From contig OY969695.1 of NCBI GenBank assembly GCA_963701965.1, positions 2,784,001 to 2,848,000 on the forward strand: a DNA stretch of 64,000 bases. The letters are read 5' to 3'. Made by a program: the position numbers and the translations under genes. Each line of letters opens with the position of its first letter. Within the stretch, counting starts at the first letter, position 1. This document shows, piece after piece, positions 10,286 to 18,215 of this stretch. This stretch comes from an uncultured Gemmatimonadales bacterium (GTDB lineage Bacteria; Gemmatimonadota; Gemmatimonadetes; Gemmatimonadales; Gemmatimonadaceae). The notes below the pieces were generated by a model. It made no database searches. It was not told where the DNA came from and saw only the letters and a list, made by a program, of their open reading frames with translations.

Positions 10286-11326
10286 ATGACTGAGACAATC
10301 GTGAAAGACGAGGAGCGGTGGGCGGCGCTCGACGCCCGGGACCGCCGCTACGATGGCGCGTTCGTCTACGCCGTCCGTACCACGGGGGTGTACTGCCGGC
10401 CGAGCTGTCCCTCGAAGAGGGCGCGGCCGCAGAACGTCGCGTTTTTCGGGACGGCCGCGGAGGCCGAGCAGGCGGGGTTTCGCGCGTGCCGGCGGTGCCG
10501 GCCGCACGCCGCGGATGGGGCGCCGATCGAGCGATCCGTCCGGGCGGCGCAAGCGTATCTCGATGCGCGGGTCGGCGAGCGGGTGCCGCTCCAAAAGCTG
10601 GCGCGCGCCGTGGGCTTGAGCCCGTGGCATGTGCAGCGGGCGTTCACGCGGCTCGTCGGCGTGTCGCCCAAGGCGTATCAGGACGCGCGGCGGCGCGAGG
10701 TGTTCAAGGACCGGTTGCGCGATGGCGCGACGGTGAGCCGCGCGGCTATCGAGGCGGGTCTCGGTCCGTCGGCGCGCGACGGCGCGCCGTTGGGCATGAG
10801 TGCAGGGACGTATCGCCGCGGTGGACGCGGAGAGTCGATCCGCTACACGGTCGTCCCCACATTGCTCGGCGCGTTGCTCGTCGGGACGACGGATCGCGGC
10901 GTGGCGACGGTCTTGCTCGGCAACGGTGAGCTGGAGCTCGAGGCGGCGCTCGGCGCCGAGTTTCCCGCGGCCGACATCGCGCGCGATGACGCGGCCGTCG
11001 GAGCGATCGTGCGCGACGTGGTCGACGCGATCGAGCGCGGCGACAGCGGCGCGACGCTGCCGCTCGACGTCCGCGGTACGGCGTTCCAGATGCGCGTCTG
11101 GCACGCGCTGCGCGAGATCCCGCGCGGAGCGACGCGCACGTACTCGGAGATCGCGGCGGCCATCGGCCAACCGCGCGCGGTGCGCGCCGTCGCCAGCGCC
11201 ATCGCCGCCAATCGACTCGCGGTGCTCGTCCCCTGCCACCGCGCGGTGCGCGCGGATGGCACGCCCGGCGGTTATCGCTGGGGGCCAGAACGGAAGCGCC
11301 GGTTGCTCGAGCGCGAGCGCGCATGA
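10286..11326 (+). CDS. ada: Bifunctional Ada regulator / O6-methylguanine-DNA methyltransferase
   Basis: GVYCRPSC...GFRACRRC Zn site, AraC HTH, active-site PCHR; GGAG RBS. Confidence 0.93.
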   Translation: MTETIVKDEERWAALDARDRRYDGAFVYAVRTTGVYCRPSCPSKRARPQNVAFFGTAAEAEQAGFRACRRCRPHAADGAPIERSVRAAQAYLDARVGERVPLQKLARAVGLSPWHVQRAFTRLVGVSPKAYQDARRREVFKDRLRDGATVSRAAIEAGLGPSARDGAPLGMSAGTYRRGGRGESIRYTVVPTLLGALLVGTTDRGVATVLLGNGELELEAALGAEFPAADIARDDAAVGAIVRDVVDAIERGDSGATLPLDVRGTAFQMRVWHALREIPRGATRTYSEIAAAIGQPRAVRAVASAIAANRLAVLVPCHRAVRADGTPGGYRWGPERKRRLLERERA

Positions 11327-11331
11327 TGCGA

Positions 11332-11363
11332 AAAGTCTCCGAGGAGAAATCCTCGGAGACTTT
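11332..11363. terminator. Perfect 14-bp hairpin, probably a bidirectional terminator for ada and tRNA cassette 1
   Basis: AAAGTCTCCGAGGA-GAAA-TCCTCGGAGACTTT. Confidence 0.8.
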
Positions 11364-11384
11364 CACTACGTGGTGGAAATTAAC

Positions 11385-11402
11385 CACGCCGGCTTGACAA
11401 GT
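11385..11402. repeat. Inverted copy (17/18 nt) of the anticodon-arm region of tRNA cassette 1
   Basis: CACGCCGGCTTGACAAGT versus the tRNA's CACACCGGCTTGACAAGT (reverse complement of 11505-11522). Confidence 0.9.
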
Positions 11403-11461
11403 GCCACGAATGTATGCAATCGCACCGGCGCGGTCAACCGGTAGTTTGGCGCTAACTAGCG

Positions 11462-11545
11462 TGCCCGGAGCGGGACTCGAACCCGCACGACCTCGCGGTC
11501 GCCGACTTGTCAAGCCGGTGTGTCTACCAATTCCACCATCCGGGC
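11462..11545 (-). tRNA. Type II tRNA with tRNA-Leu body but anticodon GAC (Val); CCA not encoded
   Basis: GCCCGGA/TCCGGGC acceptor, A73, D arm GTGGAATTGGTAGACAC, anticodon arm CCGGC-TT GAC AA-GTCGG, long V arm GACC-GCGA-GGTC, T arm GCGGG-TTCGAGT-CCCGC. Confidence 0.9.
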
Positions 11546-11714
11546 ACTCTTCGCGATGGACGGAATTGGATGTTGCGACACGAGCTTCGACTGTCGTTCG
11601 CCACTAGCTAGCGGTGGCGAATCTCGCGCTACGTGAGGCGCGCGTCGTCATCGTTACACTTCGTACATCATCGGGAACGCGGAACTCGACGCCCTGACGC
11701 GGGATAAGAGCCGC

Positions 11715-12557
11715 ATGCCAACACAACTCTTCAGTGGTCTCGTGTTCGGCGAGTCGCCGCGATGGCGTGACGGACGCCTCTGGGTCTCGGACTGGGGCGC
11801 GCGCGAAATCGTGGCGATCAATGGAGCGGGCAAGAGCGAGGTCATCGTTGCCGCGCCGTCCTTTCCGTCGTGCATCGAGTTTCTGCCGGACGGACGGCTC
11901 CTCATGGTGTCCGCGCTCGCCGGGCTGCTGTTGCGCCGCGAACCGAATGGCACGGTGGTGACGCACGCGGATTTGAACGCCGCCAGCAAGCCCGCGTGGA
12001 ACGACATCGTCGTCGATGGGCGCGGCAACATCTTCGTGAACAGCGTCGGCTTCGATCTCTCCAAAGGCGAGCCGTTCGCTCCGGGCTCCGCCGCCGTCGT
12101 CACGCCCGACGGCGCGGCGCGCCGCGTGGCCGCGGGATTCGCGTTCCCCAACGGCATGGCCGTGACGCGCGACAACGCGACGTTGATCGTCGCCGAGTCC
12201 TACGGCAAAAAACTCACGGCGCTAGACATCGCCGCCGATGGCAGCCTGTCGAACCAGCGCGTGTGGGCCGACCTCGGCGACGGCGTCCCGGATGGCATCT
12301 GCATCAATGCCGAGAACGCCGTGTGGTACGCCGACGTCCCCAACAAGCGTTGCGTGCGCGTGCGCGAGGGCGGCGAAGTCCTGGACACGGTCACGCTCGA
12401 CCAGGGGTGCTTTGCCTGCATGCTCGGCGGCTCGGACGGGAAGACGCTATTCATCGTGGCGCGCGAATGGCGGGGCGTCAAGACGATGGCCGACCAGCGC
12501 CGCGTCGGTCAAGTGCTCACAGTGACCGCGCCCGCGGCGCACGCCGGCTGGCCCTAG
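11715..12557 (+). CDS. SMP-30/gluconolactonase/LRE family protein
   Basis: FGESPRW, WNDIVVD, FPNGM, PDGIC motifs. Confidence 0.9.
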   Translation: MPTQLFSGLVFGESPRWRDGRLWVSDWGAREIVAINGAGKSEVIVAAPSFPSCIEFLPDGRLLMVSALAGLLLRREPNGTVVTHADLNAASKPAWNDIVVDGRGNIFVNSVGFDLSKGEPFAPGSAAVVTPDGAARRVAAGFAFPNGMAVTRDNATLIVAESYGKKLTALDIAADGSLSNQRVWADLGDGVPDGICINAENAVWYADVPNKRCVRVREGGEVLDTVTLDQGCFACMLGGSDGKTLFIVAREWRGVKTMADQRRVGQVLTVTAPAAHAGWP

Positions 12558-13483
12558 TGTTCGCCAGGGAGCGGCGTGCCGACGAGGATGGCGGTGGCGA
12601 CGAGGACGAGCGCGCCGATCAGTAGCTCGACGCGGGCGGAGTGGCGGAGGGCGGCTTCGTCACCGGCCACGAGGCGCGGGGTGCCGAGGCGCCAGTTATA
12701 CGCGCCGCAGGCCGCGACGCCGGCGACGAACGCGAGCTTGATCAGGAGCACCGTCCCGTAGCGGGACGAGAACACGGCCCCGATGGAGCCCAGGTGGATC
12801 CAGGCCGCGTAGAGCCCCGTGAGTGACAGCGTCGTCGCCGAGAGGAGCGCGATCGGCGAGAAGGCGCGCACCAGCGCGGCGAGATCGGTGGCGGGCGCCG
12901 CCGAAGCGCGGAGCGGGACGATCGCCGTGAGTGCGAGGACGAAGAGCGTGCCGAGCCACGCCCCGGCGCCGAGGACGTGCAGCATGTCCGCCACAATCGT
13001 GAGCGGCACCGACGGCGAGTCTCCGGTCGCGTGTCCCGAGAGCGCCGGCGTCAGCGCCAGCGCGATCGTCGATGCCGCCGCCACGAGCCAGGCCGGCCGC
13101 GCGCCGAGGCGCGCCCGCGAGAACGCGAAGTAGGCCACGACAATGAGCACGACCGACAGCGTCCACACGCGGCCCCATTGCGTCCGCAGAACCATCGCGC
13201 CGAACAGATCCCGCGCTTCGTCCGCCGACTGGCCGGGATCAGAGAGCGCAGTGTACTGCGCCCAGAGCCGGACTCCCGCGCCGAGCGCCAGCAGCGTCGC
13301 TGCCCAGGCGCCGAGCATGGCCGAGCGCGCCGCGAGCCGCTCGCAATGCGCGATCTCGAGCGCCGGCGCCCGCGCCAAGATGGCGTAGCGGAGCGTGATC
13401 ACTCCGATCGCGATCGTGAGGCCCAAGAACGTGAGCCACCGCCCCCCCGCCGCCGCGAGGGCCGCCGCGCCGAGCGGGTTCAT
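12554..13483 (-). CDS. copD: CopD-family copper resistance membrane protein
   Basis: LSGHA, HVLGAGAWLG, RAFS, YGTVLLIK motifs; downstream of copC. Confidence 0.8.
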   Translation of the reverse strand: MNPLGAAALAAAGGRWLTFLGLTIAIGVITLRYAILARAPALEIAHCERLAARSAMLGAWAATLLALGAGVRLWAQYTALSDPGQSADEARDLFGAMVLRTQWGRVWTLSVVLIVVAYFAFSRARLGARPAWLVAAASTIALALTPALSGHATGDSPSVPLTIVADMLHVLGAGAWLGTLFVLALTAIVPLRASAAPATDLAALVRAFSPIALLSATTLSLTGLYAAWIHLGSIGAVFSSRYGTVLLIKLAFVAGVAACGAYNWRLGTPRLVAGDEAALRHSARVELLIGALVLVATAILVGTPLPGEH

Positions 13484-13504
13484 GTCCAAGCGGCGGCGAC
13501 GCGA

Positions 13505-13900
13505 TCAGTGCGCGGCTGGCGTGACGACGAACGCGAAATGCCCCGACGACGGATGTCCGTCGGTCGCCGTCGTGCGCCAGGCGACATCGTAGGTTCCCGC
13601 CGCGACCTTGCCGCGGACCGAGGCCACGACGGGCGCCGTCTTGCCCGTGTCTGCCGCCAGCGGCGCCAACGCCACGGCCGCGCCCGCGGCCGTCGTGAGC
13701 TTGACGGATGTCACCGCCAGCTCGGGCCGTTCCGAGAACCAGAACTTGAGCGCCGCCGGCGCCGCGGCCACGGTGTCGTTCGCGCTCGGCTCGGAGCGGA
13801 CGAGGTGCAAGTGAGCCGCCGATCGGGCCGCCGGGATCACACCCAGGGCGATGACGGCGCAGGCGGCGGGAATGCGGAAAAGGGAAGCAGTGAGCGTCAT
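13505..13900 (-). CDS. copC: CopC-family periplasmic copper-binding protein
   Basis: Signal peptide, then HLHLVRSEP; WRTTATDGH. Confidence 0.85.
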   Translation of the reverse strand: MTLTASLFRIPAACAVIALGVIPAARSAAHLHLVRSEPSANDTVAAAPAALKFWFSERPELAVTSVKLTTAAGAAVALAPLAADTGKTAPVVASVRGKVAAGTYDVAWRTTATDGHPSSGHFAFVVTPAAH

Positions 13901-13996
13901 ACGTGAAGACTAATAGCCTACGAGCCGGAGCATACCCGCCCGGGCAATGGTGACCCCATCGTCATAGATTGGAAATCTCTTTCACCGGAGCACCCT

Positions 13997-14659
13997 ATGC
14001 AGCGCCTCCTATTCGTTGCCCTGGTGACGGTCGTCCCTGTCGCCCGGGCCCAAGGTACCTTCGAGGGCATCGTGACATACGAAAACACGTCGCCAGCTGG
14101 AGCGAAGTCTTCGTTTGACTATATCGCGAAAGGCAGCAAGGTGCGGATACAAACTCATGATAGCACCAGCGGCATGGGCGGCATGATCATGGACCAAGCC
14201 AACAATACCATGACCGTGATCATCCCCCGGCAGAAGATGTACGCCACGTCGACCATGTCGCAGACGGATCTGTCGCACCACATGGATTCCACGATGCGGA
14301 ACTCCAAGGTCGTGAAAGTCGGGTCGGAAGTCATCGCCGGCATTCCCTGCGATGACTATGCATCGACCAACGCCGCGGGGGAAAAAGAAGGCACCGCCTG
14401 CGTGGCCCACGGCATGGGGAACTGGATGATGTTCGGGATGAACCGGGGCGCGATGGCCCAGATGTCCCAGGCGCCCGGATGGTCGCAGCTCATGTCGGGC
14501 GGATTCTTCCCGCTCAAGTTCGCGGGCAAGGACGGCGAGACAATGGTCGCCACCAAAGTCCAGAAGACCACGGTCGACGCGTCGCTCTTGTCTCCGCCAG
14601 CGGACTACAAGCAGTTCCAGATGCCGGCGGGGATGCCCATGCCCGGGGCGAAGCCCTAG
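13997..14659 (+). CDS. Secreted DUF4412-like protein, Met-rich
   Basis: Signal peptide, FEGIVTY, IAGIPC, PPADYK; GGAG RBS. Confidence 0.6.
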   Translation: MQRLLFVALVTVVPVARAQGTFEGIVTYENTSPAGAKSSFDYIAKGSKVRIQTHDSTSGMGGMIMDQANNTMTVIIPRQKMYATSTMSQTDLSHHMDSTMRNSKVVKVGSEVIAGIPCDDYASTNAAGEKEGTACVAHGMGNWMMFGMNRGAMAQMSQAPGWSQLMSGGFFPLKFAGKDGETMVATKVQKTTVDASLLSPPADYKQFQMPAGMPMPGAKP

Positions 14660-14707
14660 GGGCGGCCCATACGTTGCAATCGTCGTATTGAGCCGGGGGA
14701 TGTCTCA

Positions 14708-15004
14708 ATGCGACGATTGCCTAACGGGTTGATGGTCTTGGGCTTACTCGGGATCACAGCGAGCTCGGCCATTGCACAGCAGGACACCGTCCGGCGCGAC
14801 AGCACCCCGCCCCATCACCGGATAGTGCATCACCAGCCTCCGGTCGCGCACAGCCCGAAGACGCCGGCGGATACCAGCCTCGAACCGCACGCCGCGCCGT
14901 CCCGCCGGGACTCCTCGATCGTCCGCCACGAGATGCGCCACGATACGGCGTCGGTCGGTTCCGATACCGCGGTGCACAAGAAGCCACCGCCGCCTCCGCC
15001 GTAG
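14708..15004 (+). CDS. Small secreted His/Pro-rich hypothetical protein
   Basis: Signal peptide ending AIA-QQ followed by low-complexity sequence. Confidence 0.55.
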   Translation: MRRLPNGLMVLGLLGITASSAIAQQDTVRRDSTPPHHRIVHHQPPVAHSPKTPADTSLEPHAAPSRRDSSIVRHEMRHDTASVGSDTAVHKKPPPPPP

Positions 15005-15053
15005 TTGCCCGTGTGCGACGCCGAGGACAGGTTGTGCATGTGCCGAGTGGCCG

Positions 15054-15974
15054 ATGCTGATCAAGCACCTCGAGTATCTCGTGGCTCTGGCGAGCGAGAA
15101 GCATTTCGCGCGCGCGGCCGCGGTCTGCCACGTCACCCAACCGACGCTTTCAGCGGGCATCAAACAGCTCGAGGACACCCTCGGCGTCCTGGTCGTGGAG
15201 CGCGGCCAACGGTTTCGCGGTCTGACGCCAGAGGGCGAGCGCGTGCTGGCCTGGGCGCAGCGCATCCTCTCCGACGTCGACGGGTTGCGGCAGGATGTCA
15301 GCGAGACCCACGGCGGGTTGATCGGACGGTTGCGCGTCGGCGCCATTCCCGCGGCGCTCCCGATGGTGGCGTTGGTGACCGCCCCATTCGTGGAGCGATA
15401 TCCGGCCGCGACGGCCACGGTGTGGTCGCTCCCATCGATCGGCATCCAGCGCGGCCTCGATGATTTCACGCTCGACGCCGGACTCTCCTATCTCGACAAC
15501 GAGCCGCTGGCGCGCGTGCGCACGGTCCCGCTCTACCGTGAGCGCTACGTGCTGATCACGCCGGAGAGCGGTCCCCTCGGCGGGCGTCCGAGCGCCAGTT
15601 GGCGCGAAGCCGCCGAGCTGCCGCTCTGCTTACTGACGCCGGACATGCAGAACCGGCGCATCGTCGATGGGCACTTCCGGTCGGTCGGCGCCGTCGCGCG
15701 CCCGCGTGTGGAAGCGAACTCGCTCATGGCCTTGGGCTCCCATCTCCGCTTCGGCAGCTATTCCAGCGTGCTGCCGCGAACGGTCCTGGCCGTGATGGGA
15801 CAGCTCCCGGGGATGCGCGCTGTCCCGCTCGTCGAACCCGAGGTCTCGCACGAAGTCGGGCTCATCACCGCCGACCGCGATCCCGCGACGCCGGTGTCCG
15901 CCGCGGTGATGCGAATCGCCGAGTCGCTGCACATTGCAGGCGTCCTCGACCACCTGAGCTGGCCGGGCGCGTGA
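15054..15974 (+). CDS. LysR-family transcriptional regulator
   Basis: HFARAA...VTQPTLSAGIKQLE HTH. Confidence 0.92.
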   Translation: MLIKHLEYLVALASEKHFARAAAVCHVTQPTLSAGIKQLEDTLGVLVVERGQRFRGLTPEGERVLAWAQRILSDVDGLRQDVSETHGGLIGRLRVGAIPAALPMVALVTAPFVERYPAATATVWSLPSIGIQRGLDDFTLDAGLSYLDNEPLARVRTVPLYRERYVLITPESGPLGGRPSASWREAAELPLCLLTPDMQNRRIVDGHFRSVGAVARPRVEANSLMALGSHLRFGSYSSVLPRTVLAVMGQLPGMRAVPLVEPEVSHEVGLITADRDPATPVSAAVMRIAESLHIAGVLDHLSWPGA

Positions 15975-16813
15975 TCGATTCGTCGGACCCGTTGTTCGGC
16001 CTCGGTTACGCGAAACCCTCCCGATCGCGCGAGTTCCTGCGACTCGAGGGCGACGAGGCGCGGGAGGATGCGGCGCAGGTGGCCGAGGAAGTCCCCGTCG
16101 CTATCGCCTACAACAATCGGCCCCACGTCGTGATGATGGCCACGCCGGCCGACTACGACGATTTCGCGTACGGGTTTTCGATCACCGAGGAAATCGTCGC
16201 ATCGGCCGCCGGGATCGAGTCCTGCACGGTCATCCCCTACAGTCAGGGCGTCGAGATCCAGCTCGTCATTCCCCAGGCCGCGGCCGAGGCGCTGGCCGAT
16301 CGCGGGCGACAGCTCGTCGGGCGGACGGGATGTGGATTGTGCGGCGTGCAGACCGTCGACGATGCGCTGCGTCCTCCGCGCGTCGTCGCGCCGCCGCGGA
16401 CGCCGATCCGCCCGGACGCCCTGTGGCGTGCCGAGGCCGCGCTCGCCGCGCGGCAGACGCTCAATCAGGCGACCGCGGCGGTCCACGCCGCGGCGTGGGC
16501 GGAGCCCGACGGCACGCTCGCCGTCCTCCGGGAAGACGTCGGGCGGCACAATGCGCTCGACAAGGTGATCGGCGCGTTGATCCGGACGGGCGTCGATCCC
16601 GCGACCGGGTTCGTGGTGATGACCAGCCGGGCATCATACGAACTGATACAGAAAGTGACCGTGGTCGGCATCCCGTTGCTGGCCGCCGTGTCGCGACCTT
16701 CCGGACTTGCCATCCGGCTCGCCGAGGCTTCGGGCATCGCGCTGGTCGGTCTCCTGCGCGGGCACAGCGCCAACGTCTACTCACACCGGGAGCATCTATC
16801 TCACGCCTCATGA
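15971..16813 (+). CDS. fdhD: Formate dehydrogenase accessory sulfurtransferase
   Basis: VAEEVP, MMATP, CGLCG, REDVGRHNALDK, TSRAS. Confidence 0.92.
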   Translation: MIDSSDPLFGLGYAKPSRSREFLRLEGDEAREDAAQVAEEVPVAIAYNNRPHVVMMATPADYDDFAYGFSITEEIVASAAGIESCTVIPYSQGVEIQLVIPQAAAEALADRGRQLVGRTGCGLCGVQTVDDALRPPRVVAPPRTPIRPDALWRAEAALAARQTLNQATAAVHAAAWAEPDGTLAVLREDVGRHNALDKVIGALIRTGVDPATGFVVMTSRASYELIQKVTVVGIPLLAAVSRPSGLAIRLAEASGIALVGLLRGHSANVYSHREHLSHAS

Positions 16814-17613
16814 TCGTGCCGGCCCTGGCGTTCCTTGCCGCGCCGCTCGCCGCCCAAGACTATGCCGCGCGGATGGCCCATCTGCACGCCGATGACCGGC
16901 CCATCGCCAACGCGTCGGCCATTGCGCCGCGTGCCGACGTGGATACCCAGCAAGTCAGCTACGGCACGGGGATCAATGGGTATCTCGCCAAGCCGAAGAG
17001 CGGCAATCCGAAAGCCGCGGTCATCATGATCCACGAATGGTGGGGGCTCAACGACAACATCCGGATGATGGCGCGTCGGTTGGCCGGCGAGGGCTACACC
17101 GTGCTGGCCGTCGATCTCTACGGGGGTCGCTTCGCGACCACCCCCGACTCGGCGACGGTGCTCACACGGAGCGTCATGCAGAACAAAGATGCCGCGCTGG
17201 CGAATCTCCACGACGCCGTGGCGTATGTGCGCGCGCACGGCGCGCGCAAAGTCGGCGTCATGGGCTGGTGCTTCGGCGGCGGGTGGAGCATACAGACCGC
17301 GCTGGCCGAGGGCGACGCGGTCAATGCCGATATCGCGTACTACGGCTCTCCGGAGCTGGATCGCGCGAAGCTGGCGCAGCTGAAAGCGCCGTTCTTGGGC
17401 CTGTACGGCGGCGCCAATGACGGCATCCCGGTTGCCAAGGTCCACGAGATGGAGACGGCGCTCGATTCGCTGCACAAGACGGTGGCGGTCAAGGTGTACG
17501 ATGGCGCCAAGCACGCGTTCGCGAATCCCTCGGGGACCCACTACGATCAGGCGGCAGCGGACGACGCATGGCAGCGCACGACAACGTTCTTCGCGAAGTA
17601 CCTCAAGGCGTAA
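16810..17613 (+). CDS. Dienelactone hydrolase family protein, secreted
   Basis: HEWWGLN, GWCFGG nucleophile elbow, HAFAN. Confidence 0.9.
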   Translation: MIVPALAFLAAPLAAQDYAARMAHLHADDRPIANASAIAPRADVDTQQVSYGTGINGYLAKPKSGNPKAAVIMIHEWWGLNDNIRMMARRLAGEGYTVLAVDLYGGRFATTPDSATVLTRSVMQNKDAALANLHDAVAYVRAHGARKVGVMGWCFGGGWSIQTALAEGDAVNADIAYYGSPELDRAKLAQLKAPFLGLYGGANDGIPVAKVHEMETALDSLHKTVAVKVYDGAKHAFANPSGTHYDQAAADDAWQRTTTFFAKYLKA

Positions 17614-18215
17614 TGGAGCCACGGTGGCCCGCCACCGTGGCGTTACTGACGATCGGGGCGCTCAATCTCGTGCTGCCCCGATCGTTGACGCTCGGTCCCG
17701 AGTGGCTGCTCCTCGTGATCGTGTGCGTGATGTTGGTGCCGATCATCCTGACGCACCGTCGCGGGCGCTATCAGCTCAACCACGCGTTCGCCATGACGTT
17801 GGCGGTCGCGATCACGATCGAGCTCATGGCGGCGGTCGCCCTGCTGCTGGCGGCGCTGCCGGCGCATACGGAAACTCCCGCCAAACTGCTCCAGTCGGCG
17901 GCGGTGCTGTGGTTCACGAACGTGCTCGTGTTCGCCTATTGGTACTGGCGCCTCGATGCCGGCGGGCCGAACCAGCGGGCCAAGAATGGGCAGAAGAACG
18001 GCTCGTTCTATTTTCCGCAGCTCGTGCGCGGCGATACCGGGTGGCGGCCGGGGTTCATCGACTATCTCTTTCTCGCGTTCACGACCAGCACCGCATTCTC
18101 TCCCACTGACACACCGGTACTCTCTCCATGGGCGAAAGCGCTCACGATGCTCCAGGCCGCCATCGCATTCTCCACGGTGACCGTTCTCCTCGCCCGTGCT
18201 ATCAACTTGCTCTAG
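17613..18215 (+). CDS. DUF1345-like membrane protein
   Basis: FAYWYWRLDAGGP, WRPGFIDYLFLAFTTSTAFSPTD. Confidence 0.75.
   Translation: MEPRWPATVALLTIGALNLVLPRSLTLGPEWLLLVIVCVMLVPIILTHRRGRYQLNHAFAMTLAVAITIELMAAVALLLAALPAHTETPAKLLQSAAVLWFTNVLVFAYWYWRLDAGGPNQRAKNGQKNGSFYFPQLVRGDTGWRPGFIDYLFLAFTTSTAFSPTDTPVLSPWAKALTMLQAAIAFSTVTVLLARAINLL

Noticed and set aside
11394..11420. TTGACA as a -35 box for an antisense promoter
   Set aside because: No good -10 hexamer at 16-18 nt, and the equivalent position in cassette 2 reads CTCGCA; it is explained as the anticodon-loop copy.
11507..11513. Reading both tRNAs as ordinary tRNA-Leu(CAA), because CAA occurs in both loops
   Set aside because: Counting from the D stem and V arm, CAA occupies positions 36-38 and is preceded by A or G, not U33; the stems place GAC and CGC at 34-36.
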